This document shows positions 1-12,702 of a DNA stretch of 64,000 bases, one piece after another. This DNA is from Campylobacterales bacterium. GTDB taxonomy: Bacteria > Campylobacterota > Campylobacteria > Campylobacterales > QNZT01. A program made the translations under genes and the position numbers. Under the pieces are notes generated by a model. It saw only the letters and a program-made list of their open reading frames with translations, was not told where the DNA came from and searched no databases. The stretch is from assembly GCA_027023405.1 (NCBI GenBank), contig JALVVN010000038.1, forward strand, positions 147,333 through 211,332, written 5' to 3'. The first letter of the stretch is position 1. Each line of letters begins with the position of its first letter.

Positions 1-780
1 ACCGGCTACTCAGAGAACCAAAACCAAACAGGTGACACCCAACTCAAACTCGACATCCAAAGCGATCTCATTATCGAAGAGGAGTTTGCCAAAGTATCAA
101 GTGTCAAAGAGTTAGCAAGTGAAGAGAAGGATGAGGCATGCCCACTCCACACTGAGGGAAAATATCTCATCGGATATGATCCGCTTGACGGCTCATCTTT
201 GGCAGATGTAAACCTCTCCGTGGGTTCCATCTTCGGTATCTACGAGAATGACTACTCCGGGAAAAACCTCAAAGCCGCCGTCTATGTCGTCTATGGACCA
301 AGAGTCGAGATGGTGATAGCCGACGAAGAGAGTGAAGTGCGAATGTATAAGATGGATAAAAACGGCACCTTTCATTTCGCACAAAATCTCACACTCAACC
401 CCAAAGGCAAACTCAACGCTCCCGGCGGTACACAACAGCAGTGGTACCCCTACCATAAAGCGCTGATCGATTCACTCTTTAGTGAAGGGTATCGCCTAAG
501 ATATAGTGGCGGTATGGTGCCCGATCTGCACCAAATCCTCATCAAGGGAGGCGGACTCTTCTCCTATCCAGGTACGCTTGATAAGCCTAAAGGAAAGCTA
601 CGGATGACTTTTGAAGTCTTTCCTTTTGCTTTTATCTATGAAAAAGCGGGCGGTGCCGCGATCGATGCCAAAAATCGCCTGCTCGATCTCTCCCCCGCAC
701 ACATCCACGATACCACACCCTGCTTTTTCGGATCCAATGATGAGATCGAGAAGGTAAAGGAAGTCTATGCCGGAAAATAG
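1..780 (+). CDS. fbp: Fructose-1,6-bisphosphatase class 1, 5'-truncated by the window edge
   Basis: Frame 1 is open from nt 1 (...[28 protein letters not shown]...). It has the DPLDGSS metal-binding block and C-terminal [11 protein letters not shown] / FFGS blocks typical of FBPase I. The tracked ORF 199..780 is only the part after an internal start. Confidence 0.85.
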   Translation, partial: TGYSENQNQTGDTQLKLDIQSDLIIEEEFAKVSSVKELASEEKDEACPLHTEGKYLIGYDPLDGSSLADVNLSVGSIFGIYENDYSGKNLKAAVYVVYGPRVEMVIADEESEVRMYKMDKNGTFHFAQNLTLNPKGKLNAPGGTQQQWYPYHKALIDSLFSEGYRLRYSGGMVPDLHQILIKGGGLFSYPGTLDKPKGKLRMTFEVFPFAFIYEKAGGAAIDAKNRLLDLSPAHIHDTTPCFFGSNDEIEKVKEVYAGK

Positions 781-985
781 CGACATAGAGCAAGCACAAA
801 CGCCTGATCCCTTTGAACAGAGGCTACAAGCCGAATTAGAAGCACTCCAAAAGTGCCAAACAGAGCACCAAGTCAAAAGCTGTATGGAGTGCGAAAAGAT
901 CATCGGTTGTGAAGTGCGTGAACGCTATGTCAAAGCGGTCTATGGTAGCATGAACAAAGGTGATACGGGGGGATTTGAGTTTTAG
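767..985 (+). CDS. Small Cys-containing hypothetical protein (72 aa)
   Basis: The ORF overlaps the fbp stop by 14 nt and contains [13 protein letters not shown] (four Cys). No family recognised. Confidence 0.4.
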   Translation: MPENSDIEQAQTPDPFEQRLQAELEALQKCQTEHQVKSCMECEKIIGCEVRERYVKAVYGSMNKGDTGGFEF

Positions 986-1013
986 AGGTGAACTTTTTTT
1001 AGAACACCTCTAA
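982..1013. terminator. Hairpin between convergent genes, possible bidirectional terminator
   Basis: A 9-bp inverted repeat, ttagaggtg (982-990) / cacctctaa (1005-1013), flanks a T-rich 14-nt loop. It lies between the 3' ends of ORF 767..985 (+) and 1034..1402 (-). Confidence 0.4.
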
Positions 1014-1033
1014 GCGTTAGATGCGTTTTACTA

Positions 1034-1402
1034 CTACTTATCTGCTTCCTGTTTCGCAATTTCTGCGCGAACTTCATCCATATTGAGAGCGACTACTTGA
1101 TTGATCACATCTACAAGCGCCTCTTTTGGGAGCATTCCCGCTTGTAAAAATACAATGATGCCTTCACGAATAATCATCACAGTCGGAATCGATTGGATAT
1201 TAAAGTGCCCTGCTATACCCTGCTCCTCTTCCGTATTGACTTTGGCAAATGTGATATCGGGGTATTCATTTGAAGTCTCTTCGAAAATCGGACCAAACTG
1301 TACACAAGGTCCACACCACGGTGCCCAAAAGTCTACGATTACAATTGGATTGTTCTCTGTCGTTTCATTGAAGTTCGCTTCTGTTAAATTTATAACTGCC
1401 AT
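1034..1402 (-). CDS. Thioredoxin
   Basis: 122 aa with the canonical WAPWCGPC active site about 30 residues from the N-terminus. The layout (FWAPWCGPC...FAKVNTEE...IPTVMI) matches the thioredoxin fold. Confidence 0.85.
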   Translation of the reverse strand: MAVINLTEANFNETTENNPIVIVDFWAPWCGPCVQFGPIFEETSNEYPDITFAKVNTEEEQGIAGHFNIQSIPTVMIIREGIIVFLQAGMLPKEALVDVINQVVALNMDEVRAEIAKQEADK

Positions 1403-1540
1403 TATTATCCTTTATGTGTTGAATGACCACCATTATGCCTTTTTTTTCCTAATAACTGAACCCAATCTTCGGATTATTGCATTGTAGACGGTGCCCTAAA
1501 TTAAGATAAGGTTTATCTCAATGAAGCTATACTTATCATG

Positions 1541-4385
<2,845 letters not shown>

Positions 4386-4389
<4 letters not shown>

Positions 4390-4970
4390 GTCGAATCTAT
4401 CTAGTCGGAGATGCAAGCTACTCATTTGAAAAGACGCAAGAGGCACTCACTGAAGATATCGCTCTTTTTCAACTCCGACTCAAAAATCTTTCGCATGATC
4501 GTTTGATGGAAGAGGCGTATCGTTACCAAAAGTTGTGTCGAACACGCGGTATCCTCTTTGTGATCAATGACTATCTCGATGTAGCAATTGAGATCGATGC
4601 GGATGGACTTCATATCGGGCAGGATGATGTGGCGCTCAAAGAGGCTCGTGCGCGATTTGAGAAGATGATCGGCGTGAGTGCGAGAAGTGTTGCGGAGGCA
4701 AAAGCGGCATTTGAGGGGGGAGCGGACTATATCGGTGTGGGTGCGATCTTTCCGACGCAAACCAAAGCGGGTGCCAAAGTGATAGGGGTTGAGGGGCTGA
4801 GAGAGATTCGCCAAAGTGTTGAGGGGAAGATTGTCGCTATCGGCGGAATCAATGCCCAAAATTATCACTTGGCTTTAAAATCGGGGGCTGATATGGTGGC
4901 GATCAGCTCCGCAATCTTAGGTGCGGCATCGCCGCGAGAGGTTATCAAATCCATTAAAGGAGGCAAATAG
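4386..4970 (+). CDS. thiE: Thiamine-phosphate synthase ThiE
   Basis: 194 aa TIM-barrel ThiE pattern (LFVINDYLDVAIEIDADGLHIGQDD, GVSARS, DYIGVGAIFPTQTK, AIGGI). ATGA overlap with the thiD stop. Confidence 0.85.
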
Positions 4971-4971
4971 A

Positions 4972-5979
4972 ATGGATGTAGCGATTATCGGAGCGGGGCT
5001 TGTGGGGCGACTGTGCGCACTCGAACTGCTCAAACGAGGTGCACAGATCACCCTTTTTGATCAAGATAGTGCAGATGGAGAGGATGCTGCGGGAATGACC
5101 GCGGCGGGGATGTTGGCGCTCTTTGCGGAGCTGGAGAGTGCGGAGTCGATCATCTTTGAGAAGGGGGAGCGGAGTATTGCACTCTGGCCCGCTATCTTGG
5201 AGGAGCTTGGGATTGGTGATGCTTATATGCAAAGAGGTACTGTGATTACGGCGCATCCGCAAGACTATCCGGAGCTGGATCACTTTATTCAATCACTGCA
5301 GGCAAAAGTGCCACAGGCAAAAGAGATTCAACCCCTCGATGCGAGAGGTATCGCAGAGTATGAACCCGATCTGGGGCATCATCAGAAGGGATTTTATATT
5401 CCGCAGGAGGGTGTGGTCGATGCACAACGCTTTATGGAGGCGAGTTATCGATATCTTTCTAACAATCCCGCCATTAAATGGCATGAAAAGATATCCGTAA
5501 GAGACGAAGAACTTGCAAAATACCAAAAAGATTATGATTTGGTTATTGATAGTCGCGGTACGGGCGCCAAAGATAGCCTTTCGCAACTGCGCGGTGTGCG
5601 CGGTGAGGTGTTGTGGCTGGAGACTGACGAGATCGCCTTCACTCGCCCCGTCCGTATGCTCCATCCGCGCTATCGACTCTATATCGTCCCCCGCCCCGAA
5701 CACCGCTATATCATAGGTGCGACGGAGATCGAGAGTGATGACAAGAGTCCACTATCGGTGCGTTCGGGGCTTGAACTACTCTCGGCACTCTATTCGCTAC
5801 ACCCCTCTTTTGGGGAGGCGCGTGTGCTCAAGTGCGTGACCAATACCCGCCCCGCACTCACCGATAATTTACCACTTATTCAAAAAGAGGGAAATCTACT
5901 CACTATTAACGGACTCTATCGACACGGTTACTTGATGGGGCCGTCGATTGTGGAAGAGGCACTCAAGGAGATAAAATGA
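4972..5979 (+). CDS. thiO: Glycine oxidase ThiO (FAD-dependent)
   Basis: N-terminal dinucleotide fold MDVAIIGAGLVG and DAO-family length, positioned immediately before thiS-thiG as in ThiO-type operons. Start set at ATG 4972, 2 nt after the thiE stop with aaaggagg upstream; the 4921 extension was rejected. Confidence 0.8.
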   Translation: MDVAIIGAGLVGRLCALELLKRGAQITLFDQDSADGEDAAGMTAAGMLALFAELESAESIIFEKGERSIALWPAILEELGIGDAYMQRGTVITAHPQDYPELDHFIQSLQAKVPQAKEIQPLDARGIAEYEPDLGHHQKGFYIPQEGVVDAQRFMEASYRYLSNNPAIKWHEKISVRDEELAKYQKDYDLVIDSRGTGAKDSLSQLRGVRGEVLWLETDEIAFTRPVRMLHPRYRLYIVPRPEHRYIIGATEIESDDKSPLSVRSGLELLSALYSLHPSFGEARVLKCVTNTRPALTDNLPLIQKEGNLLTINGLYRHGYLMGPSIVEEALKEIK

Positions 5980-6179
5980 TTGAGATTATGGTCAATGGAG
6001 AGAAGCAAGAGGTAGAAGAGCGCTGTACGATTGAGGCGCTTATCACACAATTGGGCTACCAAGAGAAAAAATTTGTGGTTGCCCTCAATCAAGCGTTTGT
6101 CTCGATGCATGACTATCCGACAACCAAGATTAAAGCGGGTGACAGCATCGAGATATTAAGCCCCATGTCGGGAGGATGA
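5976..6179 (+). CDS. thiS: Sulfur carrier protein ThiS
   Basis: 67 aa ubiquitin-like protein ending in ...SPMSGG (C-terminal Gly-Gly). ATGA overlap with the thiO stop. Confidence 0.85.
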   Translation: MIEIMVNGEKQEVEERCTIEALITQLGYQEKKFVVALNQAFVSMHDYPTTKIKAGDSIEILSPMSGG

Positions 6180-6180
6180 G

Positions 6181-7008
6181 ATGCAGGAGGATAAGATGCA
6201 ACAAGTAAAACAGAGCAAGAGCGTGTGGGAGATCGGAGGTAAAAAACTGAAGAGTCGAATCTTGATCGGATCGGCACTCTACCCCTCTCCCGCCATTATG
6301 AAAGAGGCGATCGTCGCAAGCGGCGCGGAGGTGGTGACACTCTCTTTGAGGCGGCAGAGTGCGGGGGATGATGCGGGGGAGAGATTTTTTGAGATCATTG
6401 CGTCGCTGGGTGTGCACCTACTACCTAACACTGCGGGATGCCATAGCGCCAAAGAGGCGATCACTACGGCGCAGATGGCGAGAGAGATGTTTGGTACCAA
6501 CTGGATCAAACTGGAGGTGATCGGCGATACCTACACCCTGCAACCCGATCCCTTTGCGACACTTGAAGCGGCAAGAGAGTTGATCGCACAAGGGTTTGAG
6601 GTGTTTCCCTATATGAGCGATGATTTGGTTTTGGCAAGTCGATTGGTCGAGAGCGGTGTGAAGATCTTGATGCCGTGGGGATCGCCGATCGGATCAGGTA
6701 TGGGACTGATGAACCCCTACAATCTCAAAACGCTACGAGAGCGCTTTCGCGATATCGCACTCATTGTTGATGCGGGGTTGGGCAAACCCTCTCACGCCGT
6801 TGAAGCGATGGAGATGGGGTATGACGGGGTACTGCTCAACTCTGCCGTCGCCTTGGCGCATGATCCTGTCAAAATGGCACAAGCCTTTAGCCATGGCGTC
6901 ACGGCGGGCAGACTCGGGTATGAAGCGGGAATGATGCCCAAACGATCCCTCGCCTCCCCCTCGACTCCCACGATCGGTACACCCTTTTGGCATCAAGATC
7001 AGGGATGA
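6181..7008 (+). CDS. thiG: Thiazole synthase ThiG
   Basis: 275 aa with conserved ThiG blocks ([44 protein letters not shown]). Starts 2 nt after the thiS stop. Confidence 0.9.
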   Translation: MQEDKMQQVKQSKSVWEIGGKKLKSRILIGSALYPSPAIMKEAIVASGAEVVTLSLRRQSAGDDAGERFFEIIASLGVHLLPNTAGCHSAKEAITTAQMAREMFGTNWIKLEVIGDTYTLQPDPFATLEAARELIAQGFEVFPYMSDDLVLASRLVESGVKILMPWGSPIGSGMGLMNPYNLKTLRERFRDIALIVDAGLGKPSHAVEAMEMGYDGVLLNSAVALAHDPVKMAQAFSHGVTAGRLGYEAGMMPKRSLASPSTPTIGTPFWHQDQG

Positions 7009-7538
7009 TCGCCTATGCGATTACGGCGCGCTATTCGGAGGATGCACTCGCGCCGATTCTCTCGCACCACCCTGACTGGATCGCTTTTCGTACCGATACG
7101 CAGGAGGAGTTGAGAGCGCAGGCGCAATCCTTTTTGATGCACACAAGGCTCTGCGGTGCCAAACGCTTTCTCAACGGCGACTATCGACTGGCTCTGGAGC
7201 TTGGATTTGACGGAGTGCATCTGAAATCAACCCAATTTTCTCATATCAAAAAGTCAAAAGTAGCCGGGCTTCATGTAATTGTGAGCACGCACGCTGAAGC
7301 GGAGATCGCAAAAGCCCTTGATCTTGGTGCCGATTCTGTCACCTACTCACCTATATTTCCCACACCCAACAAGGGTCAAGCTAAGGGTATTGATGCACTC
7401 AAAGAGGCGGTAGAGAGATTCCCAAATCGTATTATTGCACTCGGAGGCATCCTCTCACAAAGAGAGATTGATGCTGTAAAAATGGAGTTTCTTGTCGGAT
7501 TTAGTGCTATCCGATACTTTGAAAAAAATTTACATTGA
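7005..7538 (+). CDS. Second ThiE/TenI-family protein (possible thiazole tautomerase TenI)
   Basis: 178 aa from ATG 7005, with an ATGA overlap on the thiG stop. It has a ThiE-like barrel pattern ([34 protein letters not shown]). It is a divergent paralog of the thiE at 4386..4970. The TenI assignment is only by analogy with ThiO-type operons. Confidence 0.55.
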   Translation: MIAYAITARYSEDALAPILSHHPDWIAFRTDTQEELRAQAQSFLMHTRLCGAKRFLNGDYRLALELGFDGVHLKSTQFSHIKKSKVAGLHVIVSTHAEAEIAKALDLGADSVTYSPIFPTPNKGQAKGIDALKEAVERFPNRIIALGGILSQREIDAVKMEFLVGFSAIRYFEKNLH

Positions 7539-7714
7539 AGAGACCCAAAGATTCGTGTGCGTTAAAAGGAGTGAAAATGAAACTTTGGGTGATGTAATTG
7601 TAGGAAGAGATTGTAAATGGTTGGTTAACAGTGAAACTTAAAATGATTTACTTCGGATTAATCTTCATGTTGTAAAATTCCAACTAAATAAAGTTTAGTC
7701 TATTACTATAAAGG

Positions 7715-8677
7715 ATGAAGATGAATCAGAGCAAGCAAACGATCGAAGCGATCAAGAGTGAGGTCAAAAAGGTTATCGTCGGGCATGAAGCGTTGATTGA
7801 TGCATTGTTAATCGGGTTAATTTCAGACGGGCATATCTTGGTGGAGGGTGTACCGGGCTTGGCAAAAACGACGGCGATCAACGCATTAGCTAAGACGCTG
7901 GGGCTTGACTTTAAACGGATACAGTTTACCCCTGATCTGCTTCCAAGTGACATTACCGGAACGGAGATCTATGATCAAAAGAGCGGTGCGTTTCGGGTGC
8001 GAAAAGGGCCGGCATTTACCAACCTCCTTCTAGCCGATGAGATCAACCGTGCTCCCGCAAAGGTGCAAGCCGCCCTCTTGGAGGTGATGCAGGAGCGACA
8101 AATCACCATCGGTGAGCAGAGTTTTAAACTCGATGATCCCTTTTTGGTACTGGCCACTCAAAACCCCGTCGAACAGGAGGGAGCCTATCGACTTCCCGAA
8201 GCACAACTCGATCGTTTTATGCTCAATGTCATCGTCGGCTACAATACACTTGATGAGGAGTTTGAGATCGTCAAGCGAGTCGCCGATGAGGAGTTTGGAG
8301 AGATTAGCCAGGTGGCATCCAAAGACGATCTCGCACAGTTAAAACGCGATCTCAAGTCGATTCATATTGACGATGCGCTCGTCAAATATATCTTGGAGAT
8401 TGTTTTTGCTTCGAGAGATCCGAAAGTATACGGCTTGGATAATTTGGCGGATGCGATAGAGTTTGGTGCGAGTCCAAGGGCTTCTATCAACCTCTACAAA
8501 GCTTCCAAAGCGTTGGCACTCATTAAAGGCAAAGATCATGTGACACCGATCGAGATCGCGCAGATCGCCCCCGATGTTTTGCGACACCGTATCATGCTCA
8601 ACTACAAAGCGGAGGCGACGCAGATCAAGAGCGATGATGTGATTCGTTCGATCCTGCAAACGATTCCGGTACCGTAG
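7715..8677 (+). CDS. MoxR-family AAA+ ATPase
   Basis: 320 aa with Walker A EGVPGLAKT, Walker B LLADEINRA and ATQNPVEQEGAYRLPEAQLDRF, typical of MoxR/RavA-type ATPases. First gene of the Bat-type operon. Confidence 0.9.
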   Translation: MKMNQSKQTIEAIKSEVKKVIVGHEALIDALLIGLISDGHILVEGVPGLAKTTAINALAKTLGLDFKRIQFTPDLLPSDITGTEIYDQKSGAFRVRKGPAFTNLLLADEINRAPAKVQAALLEVMQERQITIGEQSFKLDDPFLVLATQNPVEQEGAYRLPEAQLDRFMLNVIVGYNTLDEEFEIVKRVADEEFGEISQVASKDDLAQLKRDLKSIHIDDALVKYILEIVFASRDPKVYGLDNLADAIEFGASPRASINLYKASKALALIKGKDHVTPIEIAQIAPDVLRHRIMLNYKAEATQIKSDDVIRSILQTIPVP

Positions 8678-8686
8678 GGAGTCTGT

Positions 8687-9514
8687 ATGAGCCAAAAAGC
8701 CCAAGAGATCTTGATCAAATCGAGACGCAAATTTTATAGCCACAATTTGGGAAACAACCCCACCGCGTTTGTCGGAAACGGCATGGACTTTAGTGAGTTG
8801 CGGGAGTATCAACCCGGCGACGATGTGCGCAAGATCAACCACAAAGCCTCCGCGCGAATGCAAAAACCCTATATCAACCTCTTTACCGAGGAGCGGGAGC
8901 TCAATATCGTGACGGTGATGCTAGGAAGCGGTTCACTCTACTTCGGATCGGCTGATCTTAAGCAAAACAGAGTTGCGGAAGTGATAGCATTGCTAGGCTT
9001 TTGGGCATTGAGTAACCAAGATCGCGTCACGACTCTGATCTATACCGAGTCGGATTCTTACTTTCGACCCCCTAGCAAACGGATGCAACTACTCGATGAG
9101 ACGATACCCCATCTTGTCGATTTTGATACCAAACACCATAAGGTCGATTTCGACTCATTAGCACACTACCTATTGGGACGCATTTCACAAAAATCGCTGA
9201 TCTTTTTGGTGGGTGATTTTTATGAGGTGCCTGATCTCAATCTATTGGCGACGAAGCATGAGCTCTTTTGTGTCGTGGTGCGGGATCGGATGGAGGAGTC
9301 ACCACAACTAGAGGGTCTCTTTGATCTCATTGATCCCCAAAGTGGAGAGGTAGAGACGGTTGAACTCAACCCCTCTTACGCAGGGCAGATCAGCAGAGAA
9401 TTTGAGGCGCACGATCGGCAACTCTTTGAACAATTTGACAAATTGGGTATCCGATCGACGAAAATCTATACGGATGAAGATCCCTTTATCAAACTGAGAG
9501 AGATGGTGAAGTAA
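8687..9514 (+). CDS. DUF58-family protein (MoxR-associated, VWA-like)
   Basis: 275 aa with G.G.DFSELREYQPGDDVRKINHKASAR, the hallmark DUF58 block. Conserved position after moxR. Confidence 0.8.
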   Translation: MSQKAQEILIKSRRKFYSHNLGNNPTAFVGNGMDFSELREYQPGDDVRKINHKASARMQKPYINLFTEERELNIVTVMLGSGSLYFGSADLKQNRVAEVIALLGFWALSNQDRVTTLIYTESDSYFRPPSKRMQLLDETIPHLVDFDTKHHKVDFDSLAHYLLGRISQKSLIFLVGDFYEVPDLNLLATKHELFCVVVRDRMEESPQLEGLFDLIDPQSGEVETVELNPSYAGQISREFEAHDRQLFEQFDKLGIRSTKIYTDEDPFIKLREMVK

Positions 9515-9919
9515 ATGAAATCGAATCCACTACTAGCACAACTCAAAGATATCAAGCCGTTGATGCCGATCGAAGATCACTCACTACTTTATTTGAGTTT
9601 GATCGCCACGGTAACGGTGTTACTCCTTTTGGGGGTATGGCTCTGGATGCGGTCACAGCGACCACGCAAACGAAAGCGACTTCCGAGCGCCGAAGATCGG
9701 GCAAGAGATTCGCTAAGAAATATCGATCTCAATAATGCCAAAGATGCCTCCTACCGCCTAAGCACCGCACTACCACATCTGCTGAGTGATGAGGAACTGG
9801 CAGAGGCAAAAGCACTACTCGATCGCCTATCGCGCTACAAATATGCCAAAGAGACACCACCCTTTTGTGATGCGGATCGTCAAGCGGTCGAGAAGCTTTT
9901 AGGGAGGGTATTAAAATGA
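9515..9919 (+). CDS. Small membrane protein of the Bat operon (DUF4381-like)
   Basis: 134 aa with one predicted TM helix (LLYLSLIATVTVLLLLGVWLW) followed by a basic stretch. Start abuts the DUF58 stop. Assigned by operon position only. Confidence 0.45.
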   Translation: MKSNPLLAQLKDIKPLMPIEDHSLLYLSLIATVTVLLLLGVWLWMRSQRPRKRKRLPSAEDRARDSLRNIDLNNAKDASYRLSTALPHLLSDEELAEAKALLDRLSRYKYAKETPPFCDADRQAVEKLLGRVLK

Positions 9920-10815
9920 TGCAGATCCATTTTGAGTATCCTTGGGCATTTGCGCTTTTGGCGATCTATCTTATCTGTATGAAGTTTTGCAAGGAGCGAC
10001 ACGATCGGCTCATCTTTCCACGCCTCAAAGGTGTCGGAAGCGGTGCGTTCAAGAGCGGATGGATCAGCGATCTGCTCAAACTCTTGACGGCACTGCTACT
10101 GGTGATCGCCCTCGCCTCCCCTTTCAAGAGCGACAAAGTAGTCTTTGAGCGTGATAAGGGGTATGAGATATCGTTGATTCTGGATGCGAGCGGATCGATG
10201 CGTGAGCTCAATAAATTTTCGATCGTCAAAGGGATCGTGAGCCAATTTGTCAAGCAACGCCCCCACGACAAGATCGGATTGACCATCTTTGCCGATTTTG
10301 CCTATGTCGCCATACCGCTCACCTATGACAAAAAGTCGATCTTACGACTGCTCAAACGGATCGATGTGGGCGTTGCCGGTATGCAGAGAACCGCTCTCTA
10401 TGAGGCGCTCTTTTTGAGTAGCAAACTCTTTGCCCACTCCAAAGCGAAAGAGAAGCTCGCAATCCTGCTCACCGACGGTGTGGACAATACCGATACTATC
10501 CCGCTACAAGTGGCGATCAATACCGCCAAAAAGTATGGGATCAAAGTCTATGTGATAGGCGTCGGATCGGCGGGGGATTACAACCCGCAGGTGCTAGAAA
10601 TGATCGCGCAAGAGACTGGCGGGAAATTTTATGAAGCCGATAGCGTTGCTAAACTGCAAGCGATCTACAAAGAGATCGACCGACTTGAGAAGAGCGAGAT
10701 CAAGCAGGGAAGTTTTGTGAAGAAGCACTACTACTTCTACTATCCGCTTGGCGCGGGACTTTTGACACTTCTGCTCTACCTACTCTACCGAAAAAGGAGT
10801 CGTTATGGCATTTGA
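9916..10815 (+). CDS. batA: VWA-domain membrane protein BatA
   Basis: 299 aa with N- and C-terminal TM helices and a VWA MIDAS motif (LILDASGSM...). 4-nt overlap with the previous ORF. Confidence 0.8.
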   Translation: MMQIHFEYPWAFALLAIYLICMKFCKERHDRLIFPRLKGVGSGAFKSGWISDLLKLLTALLLVIALASPFKSDKVVFERDKGYEISLILDASGSMRELNKFSIVKGIVSQFVKQRPHDKIGLTIFADFAYVAIPLTYDKKSILRLLKRIDVGVAGMQRTALYEALFLSSKLFAHSKAKEKLAILLTDGVDNTDTIPLQVAINTAKKYGIKVYVIGVGSAGDYNPQVLEMIAQETGGKFYEADSVAKLQAIYKEIDRLEKSEIKQGSFVKKHYYFYYPLGAGLLTLLLYLLYRKRSRYGI

Positions 10816-11770
10816 GTATCCTGAGCTACTTTGGCTGTTACTGCTACTGCTCCCGCTTGCGCTGATGTTACGATCGCAAAAGAGTGATCTGGGGCGCTAT
10901 TTTGCTTCCGAAGTGTTGGAGAAGATCTATCAAAAGGGAGGTGCGCTTTCGCAAAATGCACGGCAGATGCTCCTCATCGGTGCGCTGGGGTTGGGGATTG
11001 TCGCGCTTGCAAACCCCTATCTCAATAAGGGAGAGATCAAGGTGGAGGATCAAACCTATGATTTGATCGTGGGGTTTGATATCTCCCGATCGATGATGAG
11101 CGATGATCTCTACCCCAATCGCTTTGCCTTTGCCAAGAAGAAGTTTGAGACGCTTTTGGATCATCTCAAGCAGACGCGTGTGGGCGTGATCGGCTTTAGT
11201 GCGAGGGCATTTCTCATCTCTCCGCTGACCACAGATCTCAGCTCACTGCGCTATCTGGTCTCCAATATGAGCCCCGATATGGTTTCACTTCGGGGAACAA
11301 GCATCCTAAGTGCGCTAGAGAGTGCCGATGAACTGCTCAAAGAGTCCGAACACAAAGCGATGCTACTCTTTACCGACGGTGGGGATAAAAAAGATTACAG
11401 CAAGGAGATTGCGTATGCAAAAGATCACCATATCACCCTCTTTATCTACGGTGTGGGTACCGACAAAGGGGGCGTCATCAAAGATTCGGGAGGCGTACTC
11501 AAGGATCAAAAGGGGGATATCGTCATTGTCAAACGAAATGATGCGATCGCTTCATTGGCGCGGGAGACAGGTGGGGTGTATCAAGTCTATTCGCTGGAGA
11601 GTAGCGATATGAAACGGCTTGCCCAAGCGATACGGGCACGGCTCAAACCGCAAAAAAAGCGTCAAAGAAGCTATGTCGATAAAAAGGAGCTCTTCTACTA
11701 TCCATTGCTTTTGAGCTTGTTGCTCTTTTTGCTTGCGACGACATCACTACCGCAAAGGAGGGGCGCATGA
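10805..11770 (+). CDS. batB: VWA-domain membrane protein BatB
   Basis: 321 aa with N-terminal TM helices, VWA MIDAS (VGFDISRSM, LLFTDGGD) and a C-terminal TM helix. 11-nt overlap with batA. Confidence 0.8.
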   Translation: MAFEYPELLWLLLLLLPLALMLRSQKSDLGRYFASEVLEKIYQKGGALSQNARQMLLIGALGLGIVALANPYLNKGEIKVEDQTYDLIVGFDISRSMMSDDLYPNRFAFAKKKFETLLDHLKQTRVGVIGFSARAFLISPLTTDLSSLRYLVSNMSPDMVSLRGTSILSALESADELLKESEHKAMLLFTDGGDKKDYSKEIAYAKDHHITLFIYGVGTDKGGVIKDSGGVLKDQKGDIVIVKRNDAIASLARETGGVYQVYSLESSDMKRLAQAIRARLKPQKKRQRSYVDKKELFYYPLLLSLLLFLLATTSLPQRRGA

Positions 11771-12702
11771 GGATCATTACTTTATGGTTGCTTGTACTCT
11801 TGGGAGCAGAGGCTTCGATCTTCGATTTTATGACGATCAAAAAAGCTAATAGAGCGTATCAGGAGGGAAACTATACCCAAGCGGTTGATGCCTTCGGAAA
11901 GCTTGAGAAGCGATCCCCCGATGTGCAGTATGATCTTGCCAACAGTTACTACAAAAAGGGTGACTACCAAAAGGCGCGTGAACTCTATGAGTCGATTGAG
12001 TCGCCGAAACTCTCCTTTGAGAAGTACCACAACCTCGGCAATACCTATGCACATCTTGGAAAGTTGGATGAGGCGATTAAGGCGTATGAGAAGGCATTGA
12101 AGATCAAGAAGGATGAGCAGACGAAATTTAATCTGGATTTGGTTAAGAAGATGAAGAAAAAACAGGAGCAAAAGAGGAAACAGCAGCAGAAAAAGAAGAA
12201 GAAGAATCAGAACCAAAATCAGAAAAACAAGAATAATCAGAACCAAAATCAGAAAAAGAAGCAGAACCAAAAGGATCAAAAGAAGCAAAACAAAAACCAA
12301 GATAAAAAACAAAACGGCAAAGAGGGGCAAAAAGATAAAAAGGATCAGAAAAAAGATCAGAAAAAGAAACATGGCGACAAACAATCCAAACAGAAACAGA
12401 AACAGAAACAAAAGAGCGATGCTAAAAAAGATCAAAAGAAGCCCTCAAAAGATCAAGCCAAACAGAGTAAAAAAGCGGATCAAAAAGAGGCGTCAAAACC
12501 CAAAGCGCAACAAAAAGCACCCAAAAAGGAGCTCAAGGAGCATCCGATAAAAGCGCAACAGGCGAGACCGATAAAAAAGGCGCCCATCAGTGATAAAGAG
12601 GTGCGAAAGTATCTCAATCGCTTAGAAAATCGGGGTATCAACACCCTACTCGTACCACTACACACCAAAGGAGAAAAAGATGAACAACTCAATGATTGGT
12701 AG
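11767..12702 (+). CDS. batC: TPR-repeat protein BatC with long K/Q/N-rich low-complexity tail
   Basis: Signal/TM N-terminus and TPR units (AYQEGNYTQAVDAF, ANSYYKKGDYQKARELY, GNTYAHLGKLDEAIKAYEKAL), followed by about 140 aa of K/Q/N repeats. 4-nt overlap with batB. Confidence 0.7.
   Translation: MRIITLWLLVLLGAEASIFDFMTIKKANRAYQEGNYTQAVDAFGKLEKRSPDVQYDLANSYYKKGDYQKARELYESIESPKLSFEKYHNLGNTYAHLGKLDEAIKAYEKALKIKKDEQTKFNLDLVKKMKKKQEQKRKQQQKKKKKNQNQNQKNKNNQNQNQKKKQNQKDQKKQNKNQDKKQNGKEGQKDKKDQKKDQKKKHGDKQSKQKQKQKQKSDAKKDQKKPSKDQAKQSKKADQKEASKPKAQQKAPKKELKEHPIKAQQARPIKKAPISDKEVRKYLNRLENRGINTLLVPLHTKGEKDEQLNDW
12205..12264 (+). repeat. Imperfect 30-bp tandem duplication inside the batC low-complexity region
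   Basis: aatcagaaccaaaatcagaaaaacaagaat is followed by aatcagaaccaaaatcagaaaaagaagcag. A (cagaaa)x3 run also lies near 12391-12408. Both are in frame and coding. Confidence 0.6.

Noticed and set aside
4921-4971. 17-codon extension of thiO overlapping the thiE 3' end
   Set aside because: The FAD-binding fold starts at MDVAIIGAG (ATG 4972), which has aaaggagg upstream. The extension is a basic, out-of-context read through thiE.
7539-7714. 176-nt intergenic region before moxR, scanned for an sRNA or tRNA
   Set aside because: Only a weak 8-bp inverted repeat (acccaaag / ctttgggt) with a ~30-nt loop is present, with no T-tract and no conserved RNA motif I recognise.
8339-8863. 174-aa minus-strand ORF spanning the moxR/DUF58 junction
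   Set aside because: It is antisense to two well-supported genes and has no recognisable motif.
11782-12435. 217-aa minus-strand ORF, extremely Leu/Phe-rich
   Set aside because: It is the antisense mirror of the K/Q/N-rich low-complexity tract of batC. It has no start context or motifs and arises only because AAG/CAG/AAA repeats lack stop codons on the complement.
12130-12560. Considered whether the periodic repeats could be a CRISPR-like or satellite array
   Set aside because: The repeats are imperfect, in frame and fully inside the batC reading frame. There are no unique spacers and no cas genes in the window.
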